A stretch of DNA of 22,066 bases from Octopus sinensis (taxonomy: Eukaryota), in assembly GCF_006345805.1 (NCBI RefSeq), contig NW_021836943.1:1-22066 (forward strand), in the 5' to 3' direction. Under the pieces are notes generated by a model, which had not been told where the DNA came from, did not search any database, and saw nothing but the letters and a program-made list of their open reading frames with translations. The first letter of the stretch is position 1. Every line of letters starts with the position of its first letter. Shown here in pieces: positions 8,935-21,066 of this stretch. A program made the translations under genes and the position numbers.

Positions 8935-8985
8935 GAGATAGATAGATAGATAGACAGACAGATAGATAGATAGATAGATAGATAG

Positions 8986-9074
<89 letters not shown>

Positions 9075-9075
9075 T

Positions 9076-9106
<31 letters not shown>

Positions 9107-9107
9107 T

Positions 9108-9166
<59 letters not shown>

Positions 9167-9167
9167 T

Positions 9168-9198
<31 letters not shown>

Positions 9199-9199
9199 T

Positions 9200-9250
<51 letters not shown>

Positions 9251-9251
9251 T

Positions 9252-9282
<31 letters not shown>

Positions 9283-9283
9283 T

Positions 9284-9336
<53 letters not shown>

Positions 9337-9337
9337 G
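8935..9337. repeat. (AGAT)n array with periodic GTAA variants
   Basis: Variant at 9074, 9106, 9166, 9198, 9250 and 9282. Confidence 0.97.
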
Positions 9338-9399
9338 AACACATACTTACATACTTACATACATACTTACATGCACACATACATTTGTTGTTCTTGTCC

Positions 9400-9780
9400 T
9401 TGTTGCAGGTGCTGCTGTTGTTGTTTTTGCTGTTGTTGTTATGGTTGGGGTAGTAGTGGTGATTTTTGTGGCGGCAGTCAGTGATTGCGGCTATGGTGGT
9501 GATGGTGGTGGTGATGGTGGTAGTGGTGGTGTAGCGGGGGTCGTCTTGGTGATGGTTGTGATGTGGTGGTGGTGGTGGTGGTGGTGGTGGTGGCTGTGGC
9601 GGTCCTGGTGGTAGTGGTGGCGCTCGTAGTGAGTGCTTATGACTATGATGGCGATAGTGGTGGTGGTGGTGGTGGTGGTGATGGTGATGGTGGTGGTGGT
9701 AGTGATGGTGGTAGTGATGGTGTGTTGGTCGCCGTCGTGGTGATGGTGGTGATGGTCGTGATGGTGCTTACGATGATGGC
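9400..9780. repeat. Degenerate (GGT)/(GTT)/(GAT)n trinucleotide region
   Basis: Directly visible. Confidence 0.9.
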
Positions 9781-9947
9781 GTTGTACAGTTCTGCAGTTT
9801 TTCCCTAATGTCCTTGACCTTATTATGCTGCCTTATATTTTACGTCACACACTTTTCCTGGCAAACCCCCATCAATGTTTACGACTCTGGAAGAAGCGGT
9901 CCAATCACTGGTTTACTATATTTCCAGTGTTGAGAGCGACAAGGAAG

Positions 9948-10205
9948 TATACATACATACACACATACACACACATAAATACATACATACATGCATACAT
10001 ACACACATACACACACATAAATACATACATACATGCATACATACACACATACACACACATAAATACATACATACATGCATACATACACACATACACACAT
10101 AAATACATACATACATGCATGCATACACACATACACACACATAAATACATACATACATGCATACATACATACATACATACATGCTTACATACATACGTGC
10201 ATACA
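9948..10205. repeat. (TACA)/(CA)-derived minisatellite with a ~42-bp unit
   Basis: The ataaat marker recurs at 9975, 10017, 10059, 10099 and 10141. Confidence 0.92.
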
Positions 10206-10214
10206 TACATAATT

Positions 10215-10235
10215 AGACAGACCGACAGACACACT

Positions 10236-10266
<31 letters not shown>

Positions 10267-10399
10267 GAACGGACAGACAGAGACGAACGGATAGACAGAC
10301 GAACAGACAGATAGACAGACAGGCAGGCAGCAGGCAGGCAAATAGACAGGCAGACAGACAGATAGACAGACATACAGATAGACAGACAGACAGATAGAC

Positions 10400-10459
<60 letters not shown>

Positions 10460-10765
10460 GCATACTTACATACATACATACATGCATACATACATACATG
10501 CATGCATACATACATACATACATACATGCATACATACATACATACTTACATGCCTACATACATACATATATACATATATACATACATACATACATACATA
10601 TATACATACATATATACATACATACATACATACATACATACATGCATGCATACATACATACATGTATACATGCATACATACATACATACATACATACATG
10701 CATGCATACATACATACATACATACATACATACATACATACATACATACATACATACATACATAC
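10215..10765. repeat. (AGAC)/(AGAT)n followed by (TACA)n microsatellites
   Basis: Directly visible. Confidence 0.95.
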
Positions 10766-10850
10766 AGTATATATACATTCATGCATGTGCGTACTGACAT
10801 ACGTTTTTGAAAAGCTTTTCTCAGAAACAAAAAATAATAAAATAAAAATT

Positions 10851-11450
10851 GCGGGCAGAAGCTTCCTTCCCAACCACGTGTTTCCAGGTTCAGTCCCACT
10901 GCGTGGTACCTTGAGCAAATGTCTTCTACTATAGCTATTTCTTTACTACCCACAAGGGGCTAAACACAGCGGGGACAAACAAGGAGAGACAGACGGATTA
11001 AGTCGCTTATATCGACCCCAGTGCATAACTGATACTTAATTTATCGACCCCGAAAGAATGAAAGGCAAAGTCGACCTCGGTGGAATTTGAACTCAGAACG
11101 TAACGGCAGAAGAAATACGGCTACGCATTTCGCCCGGCGTGCTAACAAGAGAAAGACGTTTACAGCACCTAGGTTAAACGTCTTCTACTATAGCCTCAGG
11201 CTGACCAAAGCCTTGTGAGTGGATTGGATAGACGGAAACTGAAAGAAGCCCGTTGTGAACGTGCATGTGCGTGTCTGTGTGTGTCTGTGTGCGTATGTGT
11301 GTGTATGTGTGTGTGTGACTGCGTTTCTCCCCCACCATCGCTTGACAACCGGAGCTGGTGGGTTTTTACGTTTTCGTAAATATGGCAAGTAGTGAGATTC
11401 ATCTGTTCGACCAAACCCTCCAAGACGATACCTCAGCATGGTCGCAGTCC
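10851..11450 (+). mobile_element. SINE family 1 (CORE-like), interrupted by a family 2 SINE
   Basis: B box ggttcagtccc (10887-10897); CORE-like gtaccttgagcaaatgtctt; body resumes at 11195 (ctcaggctgaccaaagccttgtgagtgg...gaaagaagcccg), followed by an internal (TG)n and a decayed 3' tail (cagcatggtcgcagtc). Confidence 0.85.
10936..11179 (-). mobile_element. SINE family 2 (tail A, slightly 5'-truncated, with 33-nt 5' extension) and perfect 15-bp TSD
   Basis: TSD gtcttctactatagc at 10921-10935 and 11180-11194; the body 10936-11146 is the reverse complement of most of the 4893-5123 copy. Confidence 0.93.
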
Positions 11451-11631
11451 AAAGATTAACCTGTATATGTCTGTTTGTTTGTTTCTCTGTGTGTGAGGGG
11501 TGCATATGTATGCGTGTGATGTGCGTATGTATAACTATATATCGATGTTAATAAAAACGTAATTCTATTTGTCTGTCTGGGACCCCTGTATCACAGTCTA
11601 CATTTTCTCTACATAAACATATTATACCCCC

Positions 11632-11633
<2 letters not shown>

Positions 11634-11667
<34 letters not shown>

Positions 11668-11681
11668 GGTATGTATGTATG

Positions 11682-11724
<43 letters not shown>

Positions 11725-11728
11725 ATGT
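11634..11728. repeat. (TA)n/(TATG)/(TG)n microsatellite
   Basis: Directly visible. Confidence 0.95.
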
Positions 11729-11739
11729 ATAAAATACAA

Positions 11740-11970
11740 AATGGGACGACAAAACATACAGATAGACGATACAAAGAAAATAAGAGCGGGTCATTCGAAG
11801 TTTTCTTTCCTCAGTCAAGTACCAGATTATCTCCGCAATTTCAGTTGATTATACTTGAGATTGCTCCAATCTGGCTAGCCCCAAGGTAAAACTAAGCTAA
11901 GAGCATTAGATTTCTTGGTTGTATTTGGGGATGGTCATGTTGCCAGTTTAGCTAATAAAAACACACAGAC
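11740..11970. mobile_element. Decayed repeat sharing a terminal motif with the element at 1-548 (Penelope-pLTR-like)
   Basis: 11931-11966 matches the reverse complement of 497-532 at 33 of 36 nt. The extent and class are inferred. Confidence 0.4.
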
Positions 11971-12389
11971 ACGTATCTATGTGCACTTGTACGCAAGGGT
12001 ACACTCACAACACGTGCATGTGCTTGTGTGGGCCCACTCGTCTTTCTATGTGGGCACCTACATGTATCTTGGTTTTTAATAAGTCCTTTACATTCCTGTG
12101 AGTCGTCGTAAATGACTAAGAGAGTTGGGATCAAGTAGGGCAGCTGGCTGTGAAACACTGCTTTGACTTTGGGAAGACAATCCTACGACAACGACGACGG
12201 CGGTGGCGACTACGATGATGATTCAAATAACATTACATATATATAACATGCATACACACCCACCATTAATATACAAAGCTATTGTTCAAACTTATATTAA
12301 TATTAATCCCTTTGTTTTTACGGACTTCCTTGGACAATTGAAACTGACATATGCTGATGTATAGCAGTTTTTTTTAAGTCATTTTGCAT

Positions 12390-12945
12390 ATATCACTGAT
12401 CTACGGATTCTTCTGTCGTTCGAATGATTTTTTAACCTCGCTCGCTCCCAGTCATAAAGGTAAGAAAATCTTCGAGTCGAAATTAACCTTAAGTATCAGA
12501 AACTTTGGAGACATATCGACCCCGGCCACACCCTGTGCCGAAGACTTACGGTCCATGAGCCACAGACAACTTGCAGAAATCTCTGATCTGGCAGTGCTAC
12601 TGAGGGGAAATTGCTGGTCAGGTTAAACTCTGTTGTTGATCCGATGAATAAAACCGGACACCATTGCGACACCTGCTTAAGAAAATGACTGATATGTCCA
12701 AAATGCATGCAGATCGATGAAGCCATTCGGCAGCCATTTTCTCATTTTGTATCGAACCATTGCAGAGTATGAAGCAACTGATAATCAACTGAGTCTTTCT
12801 GATGATATGAGATCATATACCTTTCTTCAAGCAGTTTAACTCTAGTAAATATGATGAAAGAAGCTGCACTGTAGACAAGACTGAGGCAGCCATCACTGTC
12901 ACCCGTCTCTTCGGTCAAGCTCGCCTCCATGGTTTCAAGTTGCAA
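12390..12945 (-). mobile_element. Highly degenerate 3' ORF fragment of an RTE-like LINE
   Basis: Frameshifted peptides LVYSAA, ILDIS, LPDQRFLQVVCG, RHRVWP and VKKSFERQK occur in the order expected for the RTE post-RT region (VYRA..., ILxISW, MPDxRLPKQxLYG, RxRGRP, xFExxR). Matched by eye only. Confidence 0.55.
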
Positions 12946-13005
12946 TTGGAGAGATTGATTAGGATGGTGATGGTGGTGCTTTTCTCCAAAATATTTGCGA
13001 AGAAT

Positions 13006-13119
13006 CGGTTCCAGGTTCAGTCACACTGCACGGCACCTTGAGCAAGTGTCTTCTACTACAGCTTCGGATTGACCAAAGCCTTGTAAGTGAATTTGGTAGG
13101 CGGAAACTGAAAGAAGCCC
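13006..13119 (+). mobile_element. 5' fragment of SINE family 1
   Basis: ggttccaggttcagtcacactgcacggcaccttgagcaagtgtcttctactacagc...gaaagaagccc, followed by (TG)n; homologous to 10880-11250 and 14395-14510. Confidence 0.85.
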
Positions 13120-13124
13120 ACAAT

Positions 13125-13230
13125 GTGCGTGTGTGTTTGCGCGCGTGAGTGTGCATTGTGTGTGTGTGTTGTGTGTTGTGTGTGTGTGTGTGTGTGTCTG
13201 TGTGTGTGTGTGCCTGTGTGTGCGTGTCTG
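13125..13230. repeat. (TG)n microsatellite
   Basis: Directly visible. Confidence 0.9.
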
Positions 13231-13448
13231 TTGGTATTAAGAGTTATTTGGAATCTGTCTTTTAAGCGCTGATCTTTCGGTGATTGTCCTGCCTACAATT
13301 GAAGTGCTTCGTTTCGTTTTATTCCCTTTTTGTATACTGTTTTGTTTCCATTCATATTTTTACATAATCGATACTGAGCAAACTCCTATAGCATTTTGTG
13401 ATTGTCCTTGTAATACCACCATTTCCGCAGCTTTCTGACAAATAAAGA

Positions 13449-13467
13449 AATTATCATTATTATTATT

Positions 13468-13520
<53 letters not shown>

Positions 13521-13537
13521 TATTATTATTATTATTA
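13449..13537. repeat. (ATT)n/(ATC)n microsatellite
   Basis: Directly visible. Confidence 0.95.
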
Positions 13538-14053
13538 AGTGACAGTGGGGTAAAATATACGAAGCCCAGTATACCCATTATGTCCACCCGTCTGATAAGG
13601 GTACACCAGGCACATGCATCACAACCATATGTGCGCGACCTGGTGATCCAATGTCAAGATAAACAGCGCATGGACTTGCAGATGGGGCCCAGTTAGAATT
13701 TTCTTCAGGTCGAGTAGCCCATCCTGCTCAAAAGGTCCCTGAAGAAGGGTTGTTTAAGGATGATGAACGATACACCCATGTTTCCAGAGGTGAATTATCC
13801 AAACCCCAAAGAATCCCTCTCAACACATGGCTATGATGCTCCCCCACTACTTCTGCTCGTGATCGGAGATGCACATATCGTCAGCCCCTAAGGGACATGC
13901 TCAACTGGTTAAGGTAAATCAAATCTATGCTGTTGAGCTACAATATTTGCTGTAGTCCATCTTTTATACCAAGACAAAACAATGTACAGGATAACACTTC
14001 AAATAAATGAAGATGAGAAGCCATGAAAGCCACTGCATGGTACTGCATCAGGG

Positions 14054-14054
<1 letters not shown>
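13538..14054. mobile_element. Unclassified ~517-bp interspersed repeat embedded in (ATT)n
   Basis: High-complexity block with sharp edges against (ATT)n on both sides and no ORF. It resembles a high-copy octopus repeat from memory only. Confidence 0.45.
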
Positions 14055-14096
<42 letters not shown>

Positions 14097-14119
14097 TTAT
14101 TATTATTATTATTATTATT

Positions 14120-14349
14120 ACTCTTTTACTCTTTTACTCTTTTACTTGTTTCAGTCATTTGACTGCGGCCATGCTGGAGCACCGCCTTTAATCGGACATA
14201 TCGACCCCAGGACTTATTCTTGGTAAGCCCAGTACTTATTCTATCGGTCTATTTTGCCGAACCGCTAAGTGACGGCGACGTAAACACAACAGCATCGGTT
14301 GTCAAGCAATGCTAGGGGGACAAACACAGACACACAAACATACACACAC

Positions 14350-14389
<40 letters not shown>

Positions 14390-14538
14390 TACGACGGGCT
14401 TCTTTCAGTTTCCATCTACCAAATCCACTCACAAGGCAATGGTCGGCCCGGGGCTATAGCAGAAGACACTTGCCCAAGATGCCACGCAGAGGGACTGAAC
14501 CCGGAACCATGTGGTCGGTAAGCAAGCTACTTACCACA

Positions 14539-14540
<2 letters not shown>
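14120..14540 (-). mobile_element. Near full-length SINE family 1 (CORE-like tRNA SINE) with (GAGTAAAA)n tail
   Basis: Minus strand reads tgtgtggtaag (A-box remnant), ggttcagtccc (B box), atcttgggcaagtgtctt (CORE-like), an internal (TA)/(TG) tract and a 3' tandem tail. Flanked on both sides by (ATT)n. Confidence 0.92.

Positions 14541-14603
<63 letters not shown>
14541..14603. repeat. (ATT)n
   Basis: Directly visible. Confidence 0.97.
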
Positions 14604-14604
<1 letters not shown>

Positions 14605-14703
14605 TGATATTTTTCATCTTTTTAATCGTTCGATTCATTTAATCCTCCTGTCTTCGTATCGTCTTCCTCGTGCATCCGCAGCAAATAAAACTATCATCAC
14701 TAC

Positions 14704-14742
<39 letters not shown>

Positions 14743-15022
14743 TATTGAAAAAAAAGAGAAAAATGCACCTACCCCAAAAGTCAGTGTACCCATGGCTTTC
14801 ATGGAGTATTCCCATGAGCAAACCCTCGGACGTCTCCTACCTATTATGATTTACACGTTGTTGAATTTTTCGGATTGTTGTTTCTTTGTTTTTGTTTTTT
14901 TTTTTTCTCACTATTTCAATCTCTGTTTACACGCAAAACCCTCGCAACACACACACACACACACTCGCACACACTTTTTGCTTTGTCCTGTACTGTTCAT
15001 AATGTAAACCGTTTGTGGTTAA

Positions 15023-15045
15023 TAAAGAAATCATCATCATCATCA

Positions 15046-15118
<73 letters not shown>

Positions 15119-15206
15119 TATTAGTATTATTATCATTCTTCTTCTTATTATTATTATCATTATTATTATTATTATTATTATTATCATTATATTATCATTA
15201 TTATTA

Positions 15207-15242
<36 letters not shown>

Positions 15243-15372
15243 TATTATTATCATCATCATCATCTCATCATCATCATCATCATTATTAGTATTATTATCA
15301 TTCTTCTTCTTATTATTATTATCATTTTATTATTATTATTATTATTATATCATTATTATTATCATTATATTA

Positions 15373-15415
<43 letters not shown>

Positions 15416-15593
15416 CATCATCATCATCATCATCTCATCATCATCATCATTATTATTATTATCATTTTATTATTATTATTATTATCATTATTATTATTAT
15501 TATTATTATTATCATTATTATTATCATTATTATTATCATTATTATTATCATTATTATTATTATCATTATTATTATTATTATTATATTATTATT

Positions 15594-15625
<32 letters not shown>

Positions 15626-15663
15626 TATTAGTATTATTATCATTCTTATTATTATTATTATTA

Positions 15664-15722
<59 letters not shown>
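15023..15722. repeat. (ATT)/(ATC)/(CTT) mosaic array with internal block duplications
   Basis: The marker ttagtattattatcattctt occurs at 15121, 15286 and 15628. Confidence 0.95.
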
Positions 15723-15724
<2 letters not shown>

Positions 15725-15997
15725 ATACTAATTATTAACATTAAATAATAATCAACATTCTGCCAGAGTTAAAATTAGTTATCGGTTTGTATTGAGTAAA
15801 AGATCTTGAATAGCCAGTATTTCCGGGGAGAGAGAAGAGCGAGGGCTGGGTGGTGCTTGTGGTGGTGGTGGCGGTGGTGGTGGAGAGAGAAGAGAGTAGA
15901 AGAAGAGGTGGTGGACTGTGTGAGGTTGGGGCTGAGAGCATTGAGAGACACAACCCTCATGATACCACAAAACACATCGTTCACCGTTGAGGACAAT

Positions 15998-16040
<43 letters not shown>

Positions 16041-16284
16041 GTAACAATAGAAGGAACAAGACTAAAATTATCTTCGTCAAGCATTAAGATCATCATCATC
16101 ATCATCTTCGTCGTCGTCGTTGTCATGACCACCACCACCACGTCAGCCATAGCCACCATCAACACCTTAAAACCAGAAACAATACGAAAAGAATGCTGAC
16201 GAACAATGTCATCATCATCACCACCACCACCACCACAACCACAACAACCATCGTCACCACATCATCCTTTTCCAGGAAAACTGC

Positions 16285-18727
16285 AACCACCACTACCACC
16301 ACCAGCACTTCCACCACCAACACTACCACCACCAACAATACCACCACCAGCACTACAACCACCAACACTACTACCACTATCACTACCACCACCAACACTA
16401 CCACCACCAACACTACCACCACCAACACTACCACCACCAGCACTACAACCAACAACACTATCACCACCAACACTACCAACCACCGCCAGCACTACAACCA
16501 ACCACACTACTACCAGTATCACTACCACAATCAATCACCTACCACCACCAACACACTACCACCACCAGCACTACAAACACCAACACTACTACCACTATAC
16601 TACCACCACCAACACTACACCACCAACACTACCACCACCAGCACTACAACCACCAACACTACAACCAACAACACTATCACCACCAACACTACCACCGCCA
16701 GCACTACAACCAACAACACTACTACCAGTATCACTACCACAACCAACACTACCACCACCAACACTACCACCACCAACACTACCACCACCAGCACTACAAC
16801 CACCAACACTACTACCACTATCACTACCACCACCAACACTACCACCACCAACACTACCACCACCAACACTACCACCACCAGCACTACAACCAACAACACT
16901 ATCACCACCAACACTACCACCGCCAGCACTACAACCAACAACACTACTACCAGTATCACTACCACCACAATCAACACTACCACCACCACCACACTACCTA
17001 CCACCACCAACACTACCACCACCAGCACTACAACCACCAACACTACTACCACTATCACTACCACCACCAACACCACCACCACCAACACTACTACAACCAA
17101 CACACCACCACCACACTACAACCAACAACACTATCACCACCAACACTACCACCGCCCTCACTACAACCAACCAACACTACTACCAGTATCACTACCACAT
17201 CAACTACCACAATCACACTACCACCACCAACACTAACCAACTACCCAACCTACCACCACCAACACTACCACCACCAACACTACCACCACCAACACTACAA
17301 ACACCAACACTACTACCACTATCACTACCACCACCAACACTACCACCACACCAGCACTACAACCAACAACACTATCACCACCAACACTACCACCCCAGCA
17401 CTACACCAACAACATACTACCAGTATCACTACCACAATCAACACTACTACCACAATCAACACTACCACCACCAACACTACACCACCACCACACACTACCA
17501 CCACCACACTACCACCACCAACACTACAAACACCAACACTACTACCACTATCACTACCACCACCAACACTACCACACCAACACTACCACCTACCAGCACT
17601 ACAACCACCAACACTACTACCCCTATCACTACCACCACCAACACTACCACCAACCACCACCACACTACACGACCACCAACACTACACCACCACACACTCC
17701 AACCCACAACCTATCACACTCACCACACACCACTACCACCGCAGCACTACAACCAACACACTACACCAGTAACACTACCACAATCAACACTACACACAAT
17801 CACACACCACCACCAACACTACCACCCCAACACTACCACCACCAACACTACCACCACCACCAACACTACCACCACCAGCACTACTACAACAACACTATCA
17901 CAAACCAACACTACCAAACTACCACCGCCATCACTACACTCAAAACAACACTACTACCATATCACTACCAACAATCACACTACCACCACCAACACTACCA
18001 CCACCAGCACTACAACCAACAACACTACTACCAGTATCACTACCACAATCAACACTACCACCACCAACACTACCACCACCAACACTACCACCACCAACAC
18101 TACCACCACCAGCACTACAACCAACAACACTATCACCACCAACACTACCACCGCCAGCACTACAACCAACAACACTACTACCAGTATCACTACCACAATC
18201 AACACTACCACCACCAACACTACCACCACCAACACTACCACCACCAACACTACCACCACCAGCACTACAACCAACAACACTACTACCAGTATCACTACCA
18301 CAACCAACACTACCACCACCAACACTACCACCACCAGCACTACCACCACCAACACTACCACCACCAGCACTACAACCAACAACACTATCACCACCAACAC
18401 TACCACCGCCAGCACTACAACCAACAACACTACTACCAGTATCACTACCACAATCAACACTACCACCACCAACACTACCACCACCAGCACTACCACCACC
18501 AACACTACCACCACCAGCACTACAACCAACAACACTATCACCACCAACACTACCACCACCAGCACTACAACCAACAACACTACTACCAGTATCACTACCA
18601 CAATCAACACTACCACCACCAACACTACCACCAACAGCACTACCACCACCAACACTACCACCACCAGCACTACAACCAACAACACTACTACCAGTATCAC
18701 TACCACCACCAACACTACCACCACCAC
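16285..18727. repeat. 15-bp-unit minisatellite (ACCACCACCAACACT-type) with 105/150-bp higher-order structure
   Basis: The marker ccagtatcac recurs at 18031, 18181, 18286, 18436, 18586 and 18691 (spacings 150, 105, 150, 150, 105, all multiples of 15). The middle (about 16970-17975) is indel-rich. Confidence 0.95.
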
Positions 18728-19284
18728 TGCCACCGCCATCTCAACATGCACAACGTCTTTCTCCAATAAAGCTATTACCGACATCATCCCAACAACAGCC
18801 AACGAATGTTTCCCAGAGCACACATATCACCATCATCATCATCATCATCATCATCGCCATCAATTCTAACCTACCACCACAACCACAGCAATACTTCAAC
18901 ATCAGCAACAACACCGCCGACAAGGAGAGACAGAGAGAGACAACACAAGATCCCCTGTCACCAAACACACACACACACACACACACACACTTGAATTACT
19001 ACTGTTCAATAGAAACCGCTCATTGCTTTCCTTAAGCAAGTTCTGTTTATTTTTTTGTTGTTTTTCTTCTCTTGTTTCTGAGAGCTTTTCTGTTGTTGTT
19101 GTTTTGTTTTTTTTTACTTCTCCTTCTCTCCACCGCCGCCATCACCAGACACAACACGATCCACTTGTCGACCTCCACCGCCGGCGACGATGTTGAGGAA
19201 GTAATGAAAGGGCTTAGTACATCCGGGTATTGCAGAAGATATTTCTAGATAATTCTTCCAACTGTTGAACATTTGAAGATTTCA

Positions 19285-19738
19285 ATACATTCACACACAC
19301 ACAAACACACAAACACACACACACACACGCACACACACAAACAAACACACACACACACACACATACACACACAACAACATACACACACACATACACACGC
19401 ACACACACACACACACATACACACACACACATACACACACACATACACACAACACACACGCGCACAAACACACACAAACACACACACACACATACACACA
19501 CACATACACACGCACACCACACACACACACACGCACATCCACTCACACATGTATACACATATACACATATACATATGTACGTACATGTATATATATATAA
19601 ATACACACACACGCGCGCGCACAATAGATACATACGTACATACATACATGCACACTTACAAACACACATAGATGCATACACGAATGCATAAACAAATTCA
19701 TAAGTACATTCACACATATGCATGCATGCATTTTTCCG

Positions 19739-19790
<52 letters not shown>

Positions 19791-19803
19791 CATTGAACTT
19801 CAT

Positions 19804-19849
<46 letters not shown>

Positions 19850-19965
19850 GTAGAAATAAATGCATACATGTATACACACATACATACGTACATACATACA
19901 TACATGCTTATATGCATACATAAATACATACATCATGGATGTATACTTCCATATACATATAATAA

Positions 19966-20015
<50 letters not shown>

Positions 20016-20092
20016 TATATACATATATTAATATATATTATACATATATATTATATACATATATATATACATACATTCATACATTTACATCG

Positions 20093-20124
<32 letters not shown>

Positions 20125-20172
20125 TATATACCTACATAAATAAATGTATACATCCATCCATCCATCCATCCA

Positions 20173-20206
<34 letters not shown>

Positions 20207-20459
20207 CGTACGTACGTACGTACAAACATACATACATACATACATACATGCATACATACATTACATACATACATACATACATGATACATACATACATACA
20301 TACATACATACATACATACATACATACGTACGTACAAACATACATACATACATACATACATACATACATACATACAAACATACATACATTCATACATATA
20401 TATATACATACATACATACATACATATATACATGCATACATACATACATACATACATAC

Positions 20460-20490
<31 letters not shown>

Positions 20491-20550
20491 CATACTTACA
20501 TACATACAAACATACATACATTCATACATACATACACACATACATACATA
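19285..20550. repeat. Compound (CA)n, (TA)n, (GA)n, (TCCA)n and (TACA)n microsatellites
   Basis: Directly visible. Confidence 0.95.
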
Positions 20551-20679
20551 CATGCAAACGGAGAAAGCAACAAACCAATGCAAAGGAAATGTTTTTGAAA
20601 TCCAAATAAAGGCAAATCGAAGAAAGAGTAAAAAGATGGACCGGAGAAGAAGAAAAAAAACAACCACAACAACAACAAA

Positions 20680-20690
20680 AATATAATAAT

Positions 20691-20737
<47 letters not shown>

Positions 20738-20818
20738 TGATGATGATGATGATGATGATAAATAAGAAGAAAAAGAAGAAGAAGAAGGATGATGATGTTG
20801 ATGATGATGATGATGATG

Positions 20819-20849
<31 letters not shown>

Positions 20850-20962
20850 ATTAATGATGATGATTATAATAATAATAATAATAATAATTATAATAATAAT
20901 AATTATAATAATAATAATAATATAATAATAATAATGATGATGATGATGATGATGATGATAAA

Positions 20963-20993
<31 letters not shown>

Positions 20994-20997
20994 AAGA

Positions 20998-21041
<44 letters not shown>

Positions 21042-21066
21042 AAATGATAATAATAATAATAATAAT
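20680..21066. repeat. (AAT)/(GAT)/(GAA)n mosaic with a repeated block
   Basis: Directly visible; the pattern (gat)n-aaataa-(gaa)n-g(gat)n occurs twice (about 20735-20820 and 20935-21040). Confidence 0.93.

Noticed and set aside
11147-11179. Spliced-leader origin of the 33-nt 5' extension (begins GTTTAA on the minus strand)
   Set aside because: Only 6 nt resemble nematode SL1; the rest is unrelated.
11788-11820. Minus-strand CTGAGGA-AAG-AAAA-CTT-CGAAT
   Set aside because: GAAA is broken and no stem I or III partner was found.
12799-12820. CTGATGA followed by a tatga/tcata hairpin
   Set aside because: No GAAA after the hairpin; lies within the RTE-like relic.
14875-15738. 287-aa and 238-aa poly-L/I/Y/S ORFs
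   Set aside because: Translation of the ATT/ATC repeat.
16285-18727. CRISPR-like array
   Set aside because: No unique spacers; eukaryotic minisatellite.
17975-18823. 282-aa Val-rich minus-strand ORF
   Set aside because: Antisense reading of the ACC minisatellite; no domain features.
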